Shown here one piece after another: positions 32,969 to 43,022 of a stretch of DNA of 64,000 nucleotides (position 1 is the stretch's first letter; each line of letters starts with the position of its first letter). Below the pieces are notes generated by a model, which was not told where the DNA came from, searched no databases, and worked only from the letters and a program-made list of their open reading frames with translations. The translations under genes were made by a program, and so were the position numbers. The stretch comes from an uncultured Gemmataceae bacterium (GTDB taxonomy: Bacteria > Planctomycetota > Planctomycetia > Gemmatales > Gemmataceae). The DNA is taken from NCBI GenBank assembly GCA_963750165.1, contig CAVVPN010000012.1:320001-384000 (forward strand). The letters run 5' to 3'.

Positions 32969-35601
32969 CGTTTGCAACTGGCCGCGTAACACCTTGTAAT
33001 CCGTCTTGCCGGTGCCCAGCACTGGAATGGCGTCCACCTTGCGCACCTCGTCGAGCCGCATGATGCCGCTGAAGCCCTCCTTGTGCAGCACCGCGTTCGC
33101 CTCGCGCAGCGACAGCGGTTCCGTCGAGAACAGCACAATCTTGCGGCCGCCGTCGCGCTCGACCCCCTCGACGGCGACGCGCGGCCCATCCTGCGTCGGC
33201 GGATACAGCCGGGCAAACGGTTCCTCCAGCGCCGGCAGCGAAATCATTTCGCCGCCGGCCTTCAGGAAGCGCTTCAACCGGCCGCGCAGGAAGATGAAGC
33301 CCTCGGTGTCGATCTCCGCCAGGTCGCCGGTGACGTACCAGCGCTTGCCGTCACACTCCTGGAACGGCGATGGCACTTCGTCGCCGGCGTAACCGGGGAA
33401 AACCGTCGGCCCGCTGACCCAGAGCATGCCCATCTGCCCGGCCGGCAACGGCCGCTGTGTTTCCAGGTCCACGACGCGCGTCTCGATGCACGGCAGTTGC
33501 AGGCCGACGCTGCCGGGCCGGTTGGCGTCCGGCCGATTCACCGCCACGACCGGCGCACATTCCGTGATGCCGTAGCCCTCCAGCACACGTGCCCCCGGCG
33601 CCGCCTGTTTGCAGCGCGTGAACAGCGACTCGGGGCACTTCTCCGCGCCGACGATAATCAGCCGCAGCGAGGCCAGCTTGTCCCCCTCGGCGTGCTCCAG
33701 GATGTAGCTGACGAAGGTCGGCGTGCCGACGAGGATGGTGATCTTGTAGGCGGCGACCTTACGGGCCAGGACGGCGGAGTCGGTCGGGTCGGGGTGGAAG
33801 ACGACGCGCAGGCCGGTGAACAACGGTAACAGGCCGGTGATGGTCAGGCCGAAACTGTGGAACGGCGGCAGGAAGCCCAGCAACGTGTGCTCGCGCGTCA
33901 AGTGCAGGATGGGAATGCAGTGCTGCTGGTCGATCAGAATGTTGCTGTGCGTCAGCGGCACCGCCTTGGGCGCCTTTTCCGAGCCGCTGGTGAACAGCAC
34001 CACCGCGGGCTGCTCCGGGTTGGGCCGCGGCACCTGCTTCAGCACGCCGCCCTGTAACCAGCGCACGCGCAGCAGCGTCCACAACTTTTCCAGGCTGCCG
34101 ATGGTTTGCCGCAGGTCCTCGGCGAACACGAAGTCGGCGCCCGGCACGGTGACGGCGATGCGGTCCAGGAAGCGCCGCGACGTGACGATCTGCTGGACGC
34201 GCATGAGCTGGACGGCGTGGGCGAGGTTGGCGGCCCCGGTCGTCCAGTTGAGCATGACCGGCAGCTTGCCGGCCAGGTGCAGGGCCAGGAACATGATCCC
34301 CGCCGCCGCCGACGCCGGCAGCATCAGGCCGACGTGCTCGCCCTCCAGTTTCTGAAAGCGCTTCGCCAGCAGCAGTACGCCGACCAGCAGTTTGTCATAC
34401 GTCAGCACGCCGGCCAGGTCGTCCGCGACGATCACGTCCTTCGGGTGCTTGAGGGCGCGGCGGACGAACGTCTCGGCGAGGGTGGCGCCCTCGACGGTGA
34501 GCGGGCCGTGGTCGCTGACGGGCGTGAACCAGGCCGGGTCAGGCGGCTTCAGCGCCGTCTTGCGGACCAGGCCCTGGGCCAGCGCCCACATCTCACCAAT
34601 GTTGGCGGGGACCTGTTCGGCGTGGAAGCCGAAGCGCTGCTCCACCTCCAGGCTGAGTTCCATGCGGTCCAGGCTGTCCAGGCCCAGCTGGTCCAGCGGC
34701 GTCTTCGGGTCGAGTTCCTCGGGCCGGGCGTCGCGGCCGAGTTTTTCGAGCAGGAACTGCGTGACGGCGGCCCGGGTCTCCGGCGTGATGCGCTCCAGGT
34801 CCACCTCATCGAGCGAGCCGGGATGCGGGAACGCGAAGGTGCGCGGCCCGAACAGGAAGTGGTAAGGCACATAGGTCGGCGTCTCGCGGCCGTTCGGCAG
34901 GCCCTGGTTGTACCAGGCCTCGAACCACGGGTTGACGGTTTCGCGGTTCAACGGGCTCGGCAGCTGGGCGCGGTCGAGGCGCTGCAGGGTGATGTGGACC
35001 TGGCGGCGCGGCGTGAAGAACAGCAGGTTCGCGAGGACCACCCACAGGCCGTGCAGCAGGCCGGCGCCGAGCGTCGGGTGTATGCCAGTGGGCGCGAAGC
35101 TGAAACTGCTGCCCCAGACGCCGCGCGTCCGCACCAGCAGCACGTCGGCCTCGGGCGCCCCCTGCAGGATGTCGGCCAGGGCACGAGCGCTGCCGAGTAC
35201 CTCCGTGCCCTGGCGCTGGATGCGGCCGGACGGCCACAGAATGTGATTGTGGCCCGCCTTGAGGCCGCCGATGACCGCCTGCACCGCCGCCTGGGCCTGG
35301 TCGCGCGCCGGGCGCTGGCCTGCTCCAGGTCCGGCACACGCAGGGCGTTGAGCGCGTGGGCGAGCAGAGCCATGACGGGGTTGCGGAAGTTGTGGTCGTA
35401 AACCAGCGGCCGCGGCCGCAGACTGGGCCAGAGCGTCGTGATCAGGATGAGTGGGTCCACCAGGCCGGGGTGATTGGGCAGGATGAGGACCGGCTTTTTC
35501 AGCCGGGCAACCTCCTCCCAGCCGTGGACCTGGATGGAGTAGCGCAGCCAGAGGGCGCTTTTGGCGATCAGCCAGAAAAACCAGCGCAGCAGCCAGAGCA
35601 T
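32966..35601 (-). CDS. Aas-like acyltransferase + acyl carrier + AMP-binding fusion; frameshift near 35310
   Basis: PNHPGLVD (HxxxxD), WPSG; LGLDSLD phosphopantetheine site; FTSGSEKAPK, EGYGITE, TGD, GKTDY. Confidence 0.88.
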
Positions 35602-35641
35602 GCCGAGACTCCTTCACGGCCGACCGGCGGGATGTGCCCGG

Positions 35642-35727
35642 CGAGCGGGGTCGCGTGAGCGCCCCGTGGATGCACGGGGCGCTCACGCAACCCGTGGATG
35701 CACGGGGCGCTCACGCGACCCCGCTCG
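35642..35727. repeat. palindrome family copy with internal duplication
   Basis: CGAGCGGGGTCGCGTGAGCGCCCCGTG...; CCCGTGGATGCACGGGGCGCTCACGC present twice. Confidence 0.8.
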
Positions 35728-35777
35728 TCGGGACCGGGTTCAGGCCGTTCTCGGTGCCCATTGTACCAAAGGCCGCG

Positions 35778-36485
35778 TCACTTGGCCTTCTTTGCCTGCC
35801 TGGCCTTGAACTCCTTGACGTACTTGGCGGGGTCGGCGTTGAACTCACTGCGACAGCCGCTGCAACAGACGTAATAGGTCACGCCCATGTAGGTGACCGG
35901 CGTGGTGCCGAGGCCGCCGCTGACGATGCACTCGGGCTTGCCGTCGCCGCTGGCGAACGAGCCGTCCGCCTTGGTGACGCCGACGCTGTACAACTTGGCG
36001 AAGGTTTCGCGGTCGGCCTTCTTGACCTCCTCGGCATACAGGTAGCGGTTGGCGTGCAGCAGTTTGAACACGAGGCGGCGCGTCTCCCGCTGCTTCTCGT
36101 CGATGCTCTCCAGCGTTAGCACCTTGTCCTTGAGCGTGCCGGTGTAGACGCGCTTTTCCTTCGCGGTGGTCAGCAGGGTCAACTGATACACGCCCTGGTC
36201 GGGCTGGTAGCGGAGTTCGCCGCTGGTGTAGTTTTTGCTCTTGTCGAAGGTGACGGTCAACCAGGCGTCCTTGTCCTTGAACTGCCAGCCCCAGTTTTGC
36301 TCCTCGACCCAGAATTTATTCTTGTTGCTGGCCGGCGTGACGGTAGCGCGCCACTTGCCGATCAGGTCGTTGAACGCCTGCAGCGCTTCCCTGGGCGTGC
36401 GCTTCGTCTGGCCGCCGGCGTCCAGGGTGGTGTGGAGGGCGAAGACGAACAGCAGCGCGGCGGCGCCGACGCGAAAGCACTTCAT
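35778..36485 (-). CDS. secreted YHS-like domain protein
   Basis: signal peptide; CIVSGG...YYVCCSGC...F.ADP.KY. Confidence 0.8.
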   Translation of the reverse strand: MKCFRVGAAALLFVFALHTTLDAGGQTKRTPREALQAFNDLIGKWRATVTPASNKNKFWVEEQNWGWQFKDKDAWLTVTFDKSKNYTSGELRYQPDQGVYQLTLLTTAKEKRVYTGTLKDKVLTLESIDEKQRETRRLVFKLLHANRYLYAEEVKKADRETFAKLYSVGVTKADGSFASGDGKPECIVSGGLGTTPVTYMGVTYYVCCSGCRSEFNADPAKYVKEFKARQAKKAK

Positions 36486-36632
36486 ACACGACTCCCCGAA
36501 GTTGGCGGTAGGACGACCGGCTCCAATAATAACTAAACCGGGGCCGGCGGTCAAAGTATCGGTGGCCGTCCGGCGGCGACCGATAAAAGAGAACGAATCA
36601 ACCCGCCGGAGCCAACAGGCGGACAGGGCATC

Positions 36633-37742
36633 ATGAGCGACACAACGTCGGCCGACGTGGCGGTGGTGGGCGGCGGCGTCATCGGCTTGTCGATTGCGTA
36701 CTTCCTGGCGAAGGCAGGCGTGCGCGTCGAGGTGCTGGACCGCGGCGACTTCGGCCGTGAGGCCAGCTGGGCGGGCGCCGGCATCCTGCCGCCGGGCAAC
36801 ATGGAGGCCGCGCGCACGCCGTTTGACCGCCTGCGCGCCCTGAGCGGCCAGCTGCTGGCGGAACTGTCGGCGGAGCTGTTGAGCGAAACCGGGATCGACA
36901 ACGGCTACCTGCGCTGTGGCGGGCTAGAGTTGCATGCGCAGGAGGACGACGCGGAGCAGGAGTGGCATGGCGACGGCGTGCGGGTGGAGATGTTGGACGA
37001 GGCCGCCGCCCGGCGACTGGAACCGGAGCTGGCGCCCGGCGTCGGCCCGGCGGTGCGGTTGCCGGACCTGGCCCAGCTGCGCAACCCGCGTCACCTGCAG
37101 GCCCTGGTGGCGGGGTGCGTTCGCCATGGGGTCCGGCTCCGGCCGTATACGCCTGTGGGCGAGATCCTGTTTGATGTTATCGGTGGTGTTGCCGGCAGTG
37201 TCGAAATTCGGGCGAAGCGGATTGTCCTGGCCGGCGGAGCCTGGACCGGCCAGCTGCTGGGGCGGCTTTGTCCGCGAGTCACCATCCGCCCTGTGCGCGG
37301 CCAGATCGTGTTACTCAACACCGGTTGCTCGCTGCTGCGTCACGTGTTGATGTCCGGCCCCCGGTACATCGTGCCGCGACCCGACGGCCGCGTGCTGGTC
37401 GGCTCGACCGAAGAGGATGTGGGCTTCGATAAACGGACAACGGCCGAGGCCATCCGCGATCTACTGGCGCTGGCCGTCGATCTGGTACCGGCGCTGGGGG
37501 CGGCGCCGCTGGAACGCTGTTGGGCGGGGCTGCGGCCGGGTAGTCCCGATGGCCTGCCGTTCCTCGGGCCGGTGCCGTACGTGGACAACCTTTTTGTCGC
37601 GGCGGGACATTTCCGCGCCGGCATCGGGCTGTCGGCGGGGACGGCGCTGCTGATGCGGGAACTGCTGCTCGGGCAGTCGCCGACGTTGCCGCTGGAACCG
37701 TTCGCGCTGAACCGGGCCGCACCGATGGCAAAACGGCATTGA
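36633..37742 (+). CDS. thiO: glycine oxidase (FAD-dependent, DAO family)
   Basis: VVGGGVIG, ASWAGAGIL, PVRGQ, YIVPR.DG, WAGLRP, GHFR.G. Confidence 0.85.
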   Translation: MSDTTSADVAVVGGGVIGLSIAYFLAKAGVRVEVLDRGDFGREASWAGAGILPPGNMEAARTPFDRLRALSGQLLAELSAELLSETGIDNGYLRCGGLELHAQEDDAEQEWHGDGVRVEMLDEAAARRLEPELAPGVGPAVRLPDLAQLRNPRHLQALVAGCVRHGVRLRPYTPVGEILFDVIGGVAGSVEIRAKRIVLAGGAWTGQLLGRLCPRVTIRPVRGQIVLLNTGCSLLRHVLMSGPRYIVPRPDGRVLVGSTEEDVGFDKRTTAEAIRDLLALAVDLVPALGAAPLERCWAGLRPGSPDGLPFLGPVPYVDNLFVAAGHFRAGIGLSAGTALLMRELLLGQSPTLPLEPFALNRAAPMAKRH

Positions 37743-37807
37743 TGCGCCGCCGTGTTCCGGGACACAATGGCACTGGTGCGAGGTCCGATGATAGGCAGTG
37801 CGGTCTA

Positions 37808-38484
37808 TCTTCGCCCCGAAGGGGCGGAACAACTTAGCCCAGGGCAACGCCCTGGGAACGCGGGGGAGACTCATCGGTTTTCGTCCGTGCCCTGAAGAGG
37901 CACAACAAACCGTTCGGCGCGGAGGGTGCTGGGGTGGTGGATCGTGGCGAACCGATGAGTTTGATCCGCACAGGGCTGCGCGACCGACTTCCGCACGGCC
38001 TGAGCTATCCCATTGGCGCTGAGGCGATGAGTCAAGCGCTGGCAGACGTGCCTCAGTTCGGTGAGTTGTGGATCGCTTTCAACAAGCACCTGCTGGGAAT
38101 GGGCATTGACACTCCGGAGCCGCTGAAAGGCTTTCGGCAGGCCTTGGCTGCAAACTGGCATCGAGGAAATTGATCGTTGACCGTGTTCGCCGTCCGCAGT
38201 GATGAACGCGCAGCCGTCCGCGCCTTGCTCATCCCGAACGGGCTGGCGGTCCTTCGGCAATGGCTCCGGGCGGTGCGCCCAGAGACGTGGTTCGTCGGGA
38301 TGCGGAGGCTGGAAGTGGGATACGCCCTCGGCAGTCGGGAATCCGGCTGGCTGGAGAGCAGGGACCACCGTACCCTCACCTGGGGCGTTGTGCCCCTTCA
38401 GGGCACGGACGAAAACCGATGAGTTTACCCGCGTTCCCAGGGCGTTGCCCTGGGCTAAACTGTCCCGCCCCTTCGGGGCGAAGA
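37808..38484. mobile_element. REP/REPIN-like element: ~98-bp inverted arms (37808-37906, 38387-38484) enclosing cargo
   Basis: arms nearly reverse-complementary, each with GCCCCGAAGGGGC and CCCAGGGCAACGCCCTGGG palindromes. Confidence 0.85.
37955..38422 (+). pseudogene. cargo hypothetical gene with in-frame TGA at 38171 and 3' end running into the right arm
   Basis: RLPHGLSYPIGAE.MS.AL.DVPQF ... *SLTVFAV ... GL..LR.WL in one frame. Confidence 0.65.
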
Positions 38485-38576
38485 GGCGAACACCGTGCCC
38501 CGATGACTACGCGGTGGCGGGCGGGGCGCGAACGGCGGCGTTGTGCCACTCCGCGCCTTCTCGACGTGTGAAAAAG

Positions 38577-38606
38577 TTGGCTCCCTTGGCTCCCTTGGCT
38601 CCCTTG
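38577..38606. repeat. nonamer tandem repeat (TTGGCTCCC)x3
   Basis: directly visible. Confidence 0.8.
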
Positions 38607-38669
38607 CTGTGAACGACGCAGCCAGACGGTGACTCTCGGTGCCAGGCCATCAGGAACCCGAGCAACCAC

Positions 38670-40454
38670 ATGGAAACCGCGGAGCTGCGCAGTCTGACGG
38701 GTCAGCTGGCCGACGACATCGCCTGGCTGGAGCAGCACTACCGTCGCCAGCCGGAACTGGCCGACCAGGCCGGCCGGCTGCGCTTCGCCGCGGCGCTGGT
38801 GCGCAACTGCATCGGCCCCTTCCTCAACGGCCAGAAATCGGTCCCGCTGCACGTCGCCGTGGTCGGCGGCGCCGGCGCCGGCAAGAGCACGGTCGCCAAC
38901 CTGCTGTCCGGCTCCGTCATGGCCGAGGCCAACCCGCAGGCCGGTTTTACGCGCCATCCTATCGCCTACACCACCTCCAACGGCGCCACCGAATGGCCGT
39001 CGCACCTCGGCTTCCTCGGCCCGTTGCAGAAGATGAGCCGGCCCGGGCCCGCCAGCGTTGATGCCGACGTGTACCAGGTTCGCCGCGTCCTCGGCGAGCA
39101 GGGTGTCTTCACGCTGCTGGAGCACTTCGTCGTCTGGGACTGCCCCGACATGACCACCTGGGCCGCGGAGAATTACGTCTCGCGCCTGCTGGAGATCGCC
39201 GCCCTCGCTGACGTGATCGTCTACGTCGCCTCCGACGAGCGCTACAACGATGAGATGCCGACGCAGTTCCTGCGGATGATCCTGCTGGCCGGCAAGGCGG
39301 TGGTGGTGTGCCTGGTGAAAATGCGGCCGCAGGATGCGCCGGCGTTCGTCGCCCACTTCAAGCAGGAGGTCCTGCAAAAAATCGACGGCGGCGCTGTCGC
39401 GGTGCTGACGATCCCGTTCCTGACGGCCGAACAGCTGGCCGACCCGATCAAGAAGGCGGCCCAGTTCCGCATCCCGCTCTTGAATCAGGTGTCGGTGCTC
39501 GGTTCGCCGCCGGATGTGGCCCGCAAGCGCACGGTGCGCTGCGCCATGAACTACCTGATCACGTCGCAGGATGAGTTGCTGAGCGTGGCCCGCGCCGACC
39601 TGGCGGCGCTGGACACCTGGCGGTTGGCGGTGCAGCGCGGCCAGGTCGAGTTCGACGCCCGCTACCGTCGCGAGTACCTGACCACCGAGCGCTTCCACCG
39701 CTTCGACCAGTCGCTGGCGCGCTTGCTGGAGTTGCTGGAACTGCCCGGCATCGGCCGGCTGCTTGGCGGAGCGCTGTACGTGGTGCGGACGCCGTACCGC
39801 CTGGCGAAGCAACTCTTCCAGAAGGCGCTGCAGCGGCCACAGGCGTCGCCGATGCCGGAGCGGCCGGTGCTGGAAGAGGCGCTGGCTGGCTGGCTGGACC
39901 AGCTGCGCAAGGAGGCGGCGCAGCGCAGCCGGTCGCACCCGGTCTGGAGCCACATCGCCGTCGGCTTCCAGGGCGGTCTGATCGATCTGGCGAAGGCACG
40001 CTTCGAGGAGGGGCTGCGGGCGTTTCAGATGAGCCTGGGCGACGAGGTGGACCGCACGGCACGGGCGATTTACGAGCAGCTGGAGAAGAACCCGGTGGCG
40101 TTGAACACGCTGCGCGGCACCAAGTTCACGCTGGAGGTGGCGGCCATCGCGGGCACGATTATGGCGGGCGGCCTGAACCCGTGGGACTTCGTGCTGGTGC
40201 CGCTGGCCGCGTCGGTGACGCACCAGCTGGTGGAGTTGATGGGCAAGCAGTACGTCGATACACAGCGCGAGCTGGCGCGGGCGCGGCAGCAGGCGTTGGT
40301 GGCGCAGTACGTCTCCGGGCCGCTGGCGGAGTACCTGGCGCAGTGGCCCTCGACGGGCGGCTCGGCGTATGAGCGGTTGAACCTGACGCTGAAGCGCATC
40401 CCGGCGGCGCTGCAGACCGTGGCGGAGGAAATCAACAAGGCGATGGGCGAGTGA
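38670..40454 (+). CDS. dynamin-like/TRAFAC GTPase domain protein 1
   Basis: GGAGAGKST, FTR, DCPD, helical body, C-terminal hydrophobic hairpin. Confidence 0.8.
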   Translation: METAELRSLTGQLADDIAWLEQHYRRQPELADQAGRLRFAAALVRNCIGPFLNGQKSVPLHVAVVGGAGAGKSTVANLLSGSVMAEANPQAGFTRHPIAYTTSNGATEWPSHLGFLGPLQKMSRPGPASVDADVYQVRRVLGEQGVFTLLEHFVVWDCPDMTTWAAENYVSRLLEIAALADVIVYVASDERYNDEMPTQFLRMILLAGKAVVVCLVKMRPQDAPAFVAHFKQEVLQKIDGGAVAVLTIPFLTAEQLADPIKKAAQFRIPLLNQVSVLGSPPDVARKRTVRCAMNYLITSQDELLSVARADLAALDTWRLAVQRGQVEFDARYRREYLTTERFHRFDQSLARLLELLELPGIGRLLGGALYVVRTPYRLAKQLFQKALQRPQASPMPERPVLEEALAGWLDQLRKEAAQRSRSHPVWSHIAVGFQGGLIDLAKARFEEGLRAFQMSLGDEVDRTARAIYEQLEKNPVALNTLRGTKFTLEVAAIAGTIMAGGLNPWDFVLVPLAASVTHQLVELMGKQYVDTQRELARARQQALVAQYVSGPLAEYLAQWPSTGGSAYERLNLTLKRIPAALQTVAEEINKAMGE

Positions 40455-40495
40455 CGCCGAGAGGTCTGAACCTGTGGTTCGAAGGAGGTGGACCG

Positions 40496-40852
40496 ATGCC
40501 TCGTTTCTGCGTTGTCATGTTGGCCCTGGGTGGTGTGTTGTTGATTCAAGCACCTGCCGGGGCGGAAGAAAAGATGGTACTGCGAACCTACGAGGTCGGC
40601 CATCTCCTTGACGTGAGATCGACCGGCGACACCAGCCATGACGCGCTGATCCGCCGCATCCTCCGGGCGGGCCCGGCACAATCGTGGGCGGCGAACGGCG
40701 GCAAGGGGACGGTGCAATACTATCCTCTGGGCTTGGTGATCGTGGTACACCAAGGGCCTTCGGTCCACAAGCGGATTCAAGCAGTGCTCGACCGAATGCA
40801 CGAACACCGCCAGGCACAGAATCCCAAAAAAGGACCAGGCAACAAGAACTAG
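40496..40852 (+). CDS. small secreted protein with secretin N-domain-like planctomycete repeat
   Basis: AGGAGG RBS, signal peptide; RTYEV..LL...SW...GG.G......LV.V.Q...VH..I..VL..M. Confidence 0.7.
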   Translation: MPRFCVVMLALGGVLLIQAPAGAEEKMVLRTYEVGHLLDVRSTGDTSHDALIRRILRAGPAQSWAANGGKGTVQYYPLGLVIVVHQGPSVHKRIQAVLDRMHEHRQAQNPKKGPGNKN

Positions 40853-40865
40853 AGCGGTTCACAGT

Positions 40866-40935
40866 TGGGTGTAGCGGAAGTCGCCAGACTTCCGTCCGGT
40901 GCTGCTCGGAAGTCTGGCGACTTCCGCTACACCCA
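40866..40935. repeat. REP doublet (GTAG-type)
   Basis: GGGTGTAGCGGAAGTCGCCAGACTTCCG...CGGAAGTCTGGCGACTTCCGCTACACCC. Confidence 0.85.
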
Positions 40936-40986
40936 GTCGCAATCTGCAATAATCGGGCTCGGTTTGGCCACGGGTGGGGACTTTCG

Positions 40987-42834
40987 ATGAGCACTGCGAC
41001 CACGACGGAGCCGGTCCTGCGTACGCTGGCGCCGGCGCTGCGCGCGCTGGAGCAGCGGCTGACGCGCTGGCTGAACCGCGACCATCGCTACCCGCTGCCG
41101 GCGGCGGCGCGGGCAGAACTGGACGGCTTCGCCAACGACCTGCGCCGCCAGGCCGAGATGCTGGAGCAGGAAAAACCGCTGCTCGTCATCCTGTTGATGG
41201 GCGGCACCGGCGTCGGCAAATCGACGCTGCTGAACGCCCTGGCCGGCGGCACCATCGCCCAGGCGTCGTTCGCCCGGCCGACCACACGCGACCCGGTCGT
41301 CTACTACCACGAGTCGGTCAAGACGGAGCGCCTCGACCCGGCGCTGAAGCACTGCCGCCTGGCGCAGCACGACCGGCCGGCGCTGGAGCAGAAAATCCTT
41401 GTGGACACGCCGGACCTGGACAGCAACGACCTGAGCAACCGCGAGAAGCTGCACCGCCTGCTGCCGGTCGCGGACATCGTGCTCTACGTCGGCTCGCAGG
41501 AAAAATACCATGACAAGCTCGGCTGGGAGCTGTTCCTGGAGCAACGGCAGCGGCGGGCGTTCGCGTTCGTGCTCAACAAGTGGGACCGCTGCGTTCACGG
41601 CGGCGGCACCGGCCTGCGGCCCGACGAGGACCTGCTGCGCGACCTGCAGAGCGAGGGCTTTCAGAACCCGCTGCTGTTCCGCACCTGCGCCCAGTTCTGG
41701 GTCGATAAGGCCAACGGCGTCGCGGCCAACGGGGCGCTGCCGCAGGGCGAGCAGTACCTGGAACTGGTGAACTGGCTGGAAATGGGCCTGACGCGCCTGG
41801 AGATCGAGGCGATCAAGGCCCGCGGCGTCAGCCAGTTGCTGCAACAACTGCACAAAACACTGGAGGAAGTCTGTCCGCCGGACCTGAGCGAGGCGGCAGA
41901 GAAGACACGCAAGGCATGGTCGGTCCTGCTGGCGGACGAGGCGCTGGGCGACGCCCAGGTGCTGCTGAACACGCTGGAGCCGTACCAGCAGGAGATCGAG
42001 CATCACTTCGCTCAGGAGCGGCGGCAACAGTTCCGCGGCCTGATGGGGGTGTATCTGTCCGGTGTGAACCGGTTGCAGTACGCCACCAGCGCCCTGCGCG
42101 ACCGGCTGCCGTTCCTGCCGCGAGGGACCGACCAGAAGGCGGCGCCGCCGACGTGGGACCTGGCCCAGTTCACGACCAGCTGCAGCACCACCGCGTCGGA
42201 TCGACACCTGGATGCCCGCAACCGCGCCCTGGCGAACCGGTTGCTGCTGGCCGCGGACGAGCAGGGATTTCCGCTGAATTTGCTGAGCGAGCCGACGGAG
42301 CGCCTTGGCAACTCGGACTGGCGGCGGCGGCACGCGGCAGCGCTGGTGGAGGTACTCGGCCAGGTCGAGCAGGAGTGGTCACGGCCGACCGGCTTCCGCC
42401 GCTACCTCAAAAACTCAATCATCCTGCTGGCGGACTACCTGCCCATCACGGTGCTGCTGGCGGCCATCGGCTGGCAGCTGTGGCGCTACTTCGACCCGCT
42501 GGACCACGGCTATCACCTGTCGAAGTTCGAGGTGTGGGATTTGCTGCTGCCGTTCTTGCTGACGTTGATGGTGCTGATTATGCTGCACATCCTGATTGTG
42601 ATTGTGCTGCCGCTGCGCTGGCTGGCGATCCGCGACCAGTTCGAGCGGCAACTCGGCGTGCGCTTGCAGAAAGACCTGGAGGAAGCGTACCTGGCGACGC
42701 CGCTGGAGGTGGCCGCAAGGCTGGCCGCCGAGCGGCGCGACATCGAGGAACTGCTGACGCAGGCGCGCGAGGTGCAGTCGTGGCTGCAACAGCGCGAGCA
42801 GAACGCGAGCATCACGAGCCTGTACGGGAAGTGA
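40987..42834 (+). CDS. dynamin-like/TRAFAC GTPase domain protein 2 with two C-terminal TM helices
   Basis: GGTGVGKST, RPTT, DTPD, NKWD. Confidence 0.85.
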   Translation: MSTATTTEPVLRTLAPALRALEQRLTRWLNRDHRYPLPAAARAELDGFANDLRRQAEMLEQEKPLLVILLMGGTGVGKSTLLNALAGGTIAQASFARPTTRDPVVYYHESVKTERLDPALKHCRLAQHDRPALEQKILVDTPDLDSNDLSNREKLHRLLPVADIVLYVGSQEKYHDKLGWELFLEQRQRRAFAFVLNKWDRCVHGGGTGLRPDEDLLRDLQSEGFQNPLLFRTCAQFWVDKANGVAANGALPQGEQYLELVNWLEMGLTRLEIEAIKARGVSQLLQQLHKTLEEVCPPDLSEAAEKTRKAWSVLLADEALGDAQVLLNTLEPYQQEIEHHFAQERRQQFRGLMGVYLSGVNRLQYATSALRDRLPFLPRGTDQKAAPPTWDLAQFTTSCSTTASDRHLDARNRALANRLLLAADEQGFPLNLLSEPTERLGNSDWRRRHAAALVEVLGQVEQEWSRPTGFRRYLKNSIILLADYLPITVLLAAIGWQLWRYFDPLDHGYHLSKFEVWDLLLPFLLTLMVLIMLHILIVIVLPLRWLAIRDQFERQLGVRLQKDLEEAYLATPLEVAARLAAERRDIEELLTQAREVQSWLQQREQNASITSLYGK

Positions 42835-42850
42835 ATCGGGTATGCCTTTG

Positions 42851-42930
42851 GATTGAGGCGAGCGGCGCGGCGTCAGCCCGCCGGTACTTCAAGTTACCGG
42901 CGGGCTGACGCCGCGCCGCTCGCCTCAATC
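42851..42930. repeat. long REP-like palindrome
   Basis: GATTGAGGCGAGCGGCGCGGCGTCAGCCCGCCGGTA...TACCGGCGGGCTGACGCCGCGCCGCTCGCCTCAATC. Confidence 0.85.
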
Positions 42931-43022
42931 TGCCGAAACCGCTCAAGTTGCTGCTCCCCCGCGGACGATGGAAATACAACCGACGATTCACCAGGAGACG
43001 CTTCTGTGAGGAGGAACCTCTC

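Noticed and set aside
38171..38173. TGA recoding (Sec or Trp) in this genome
   Set aside because: TGA terminates many genuine genes here, including rpoB, and I see no SECIS-like context.
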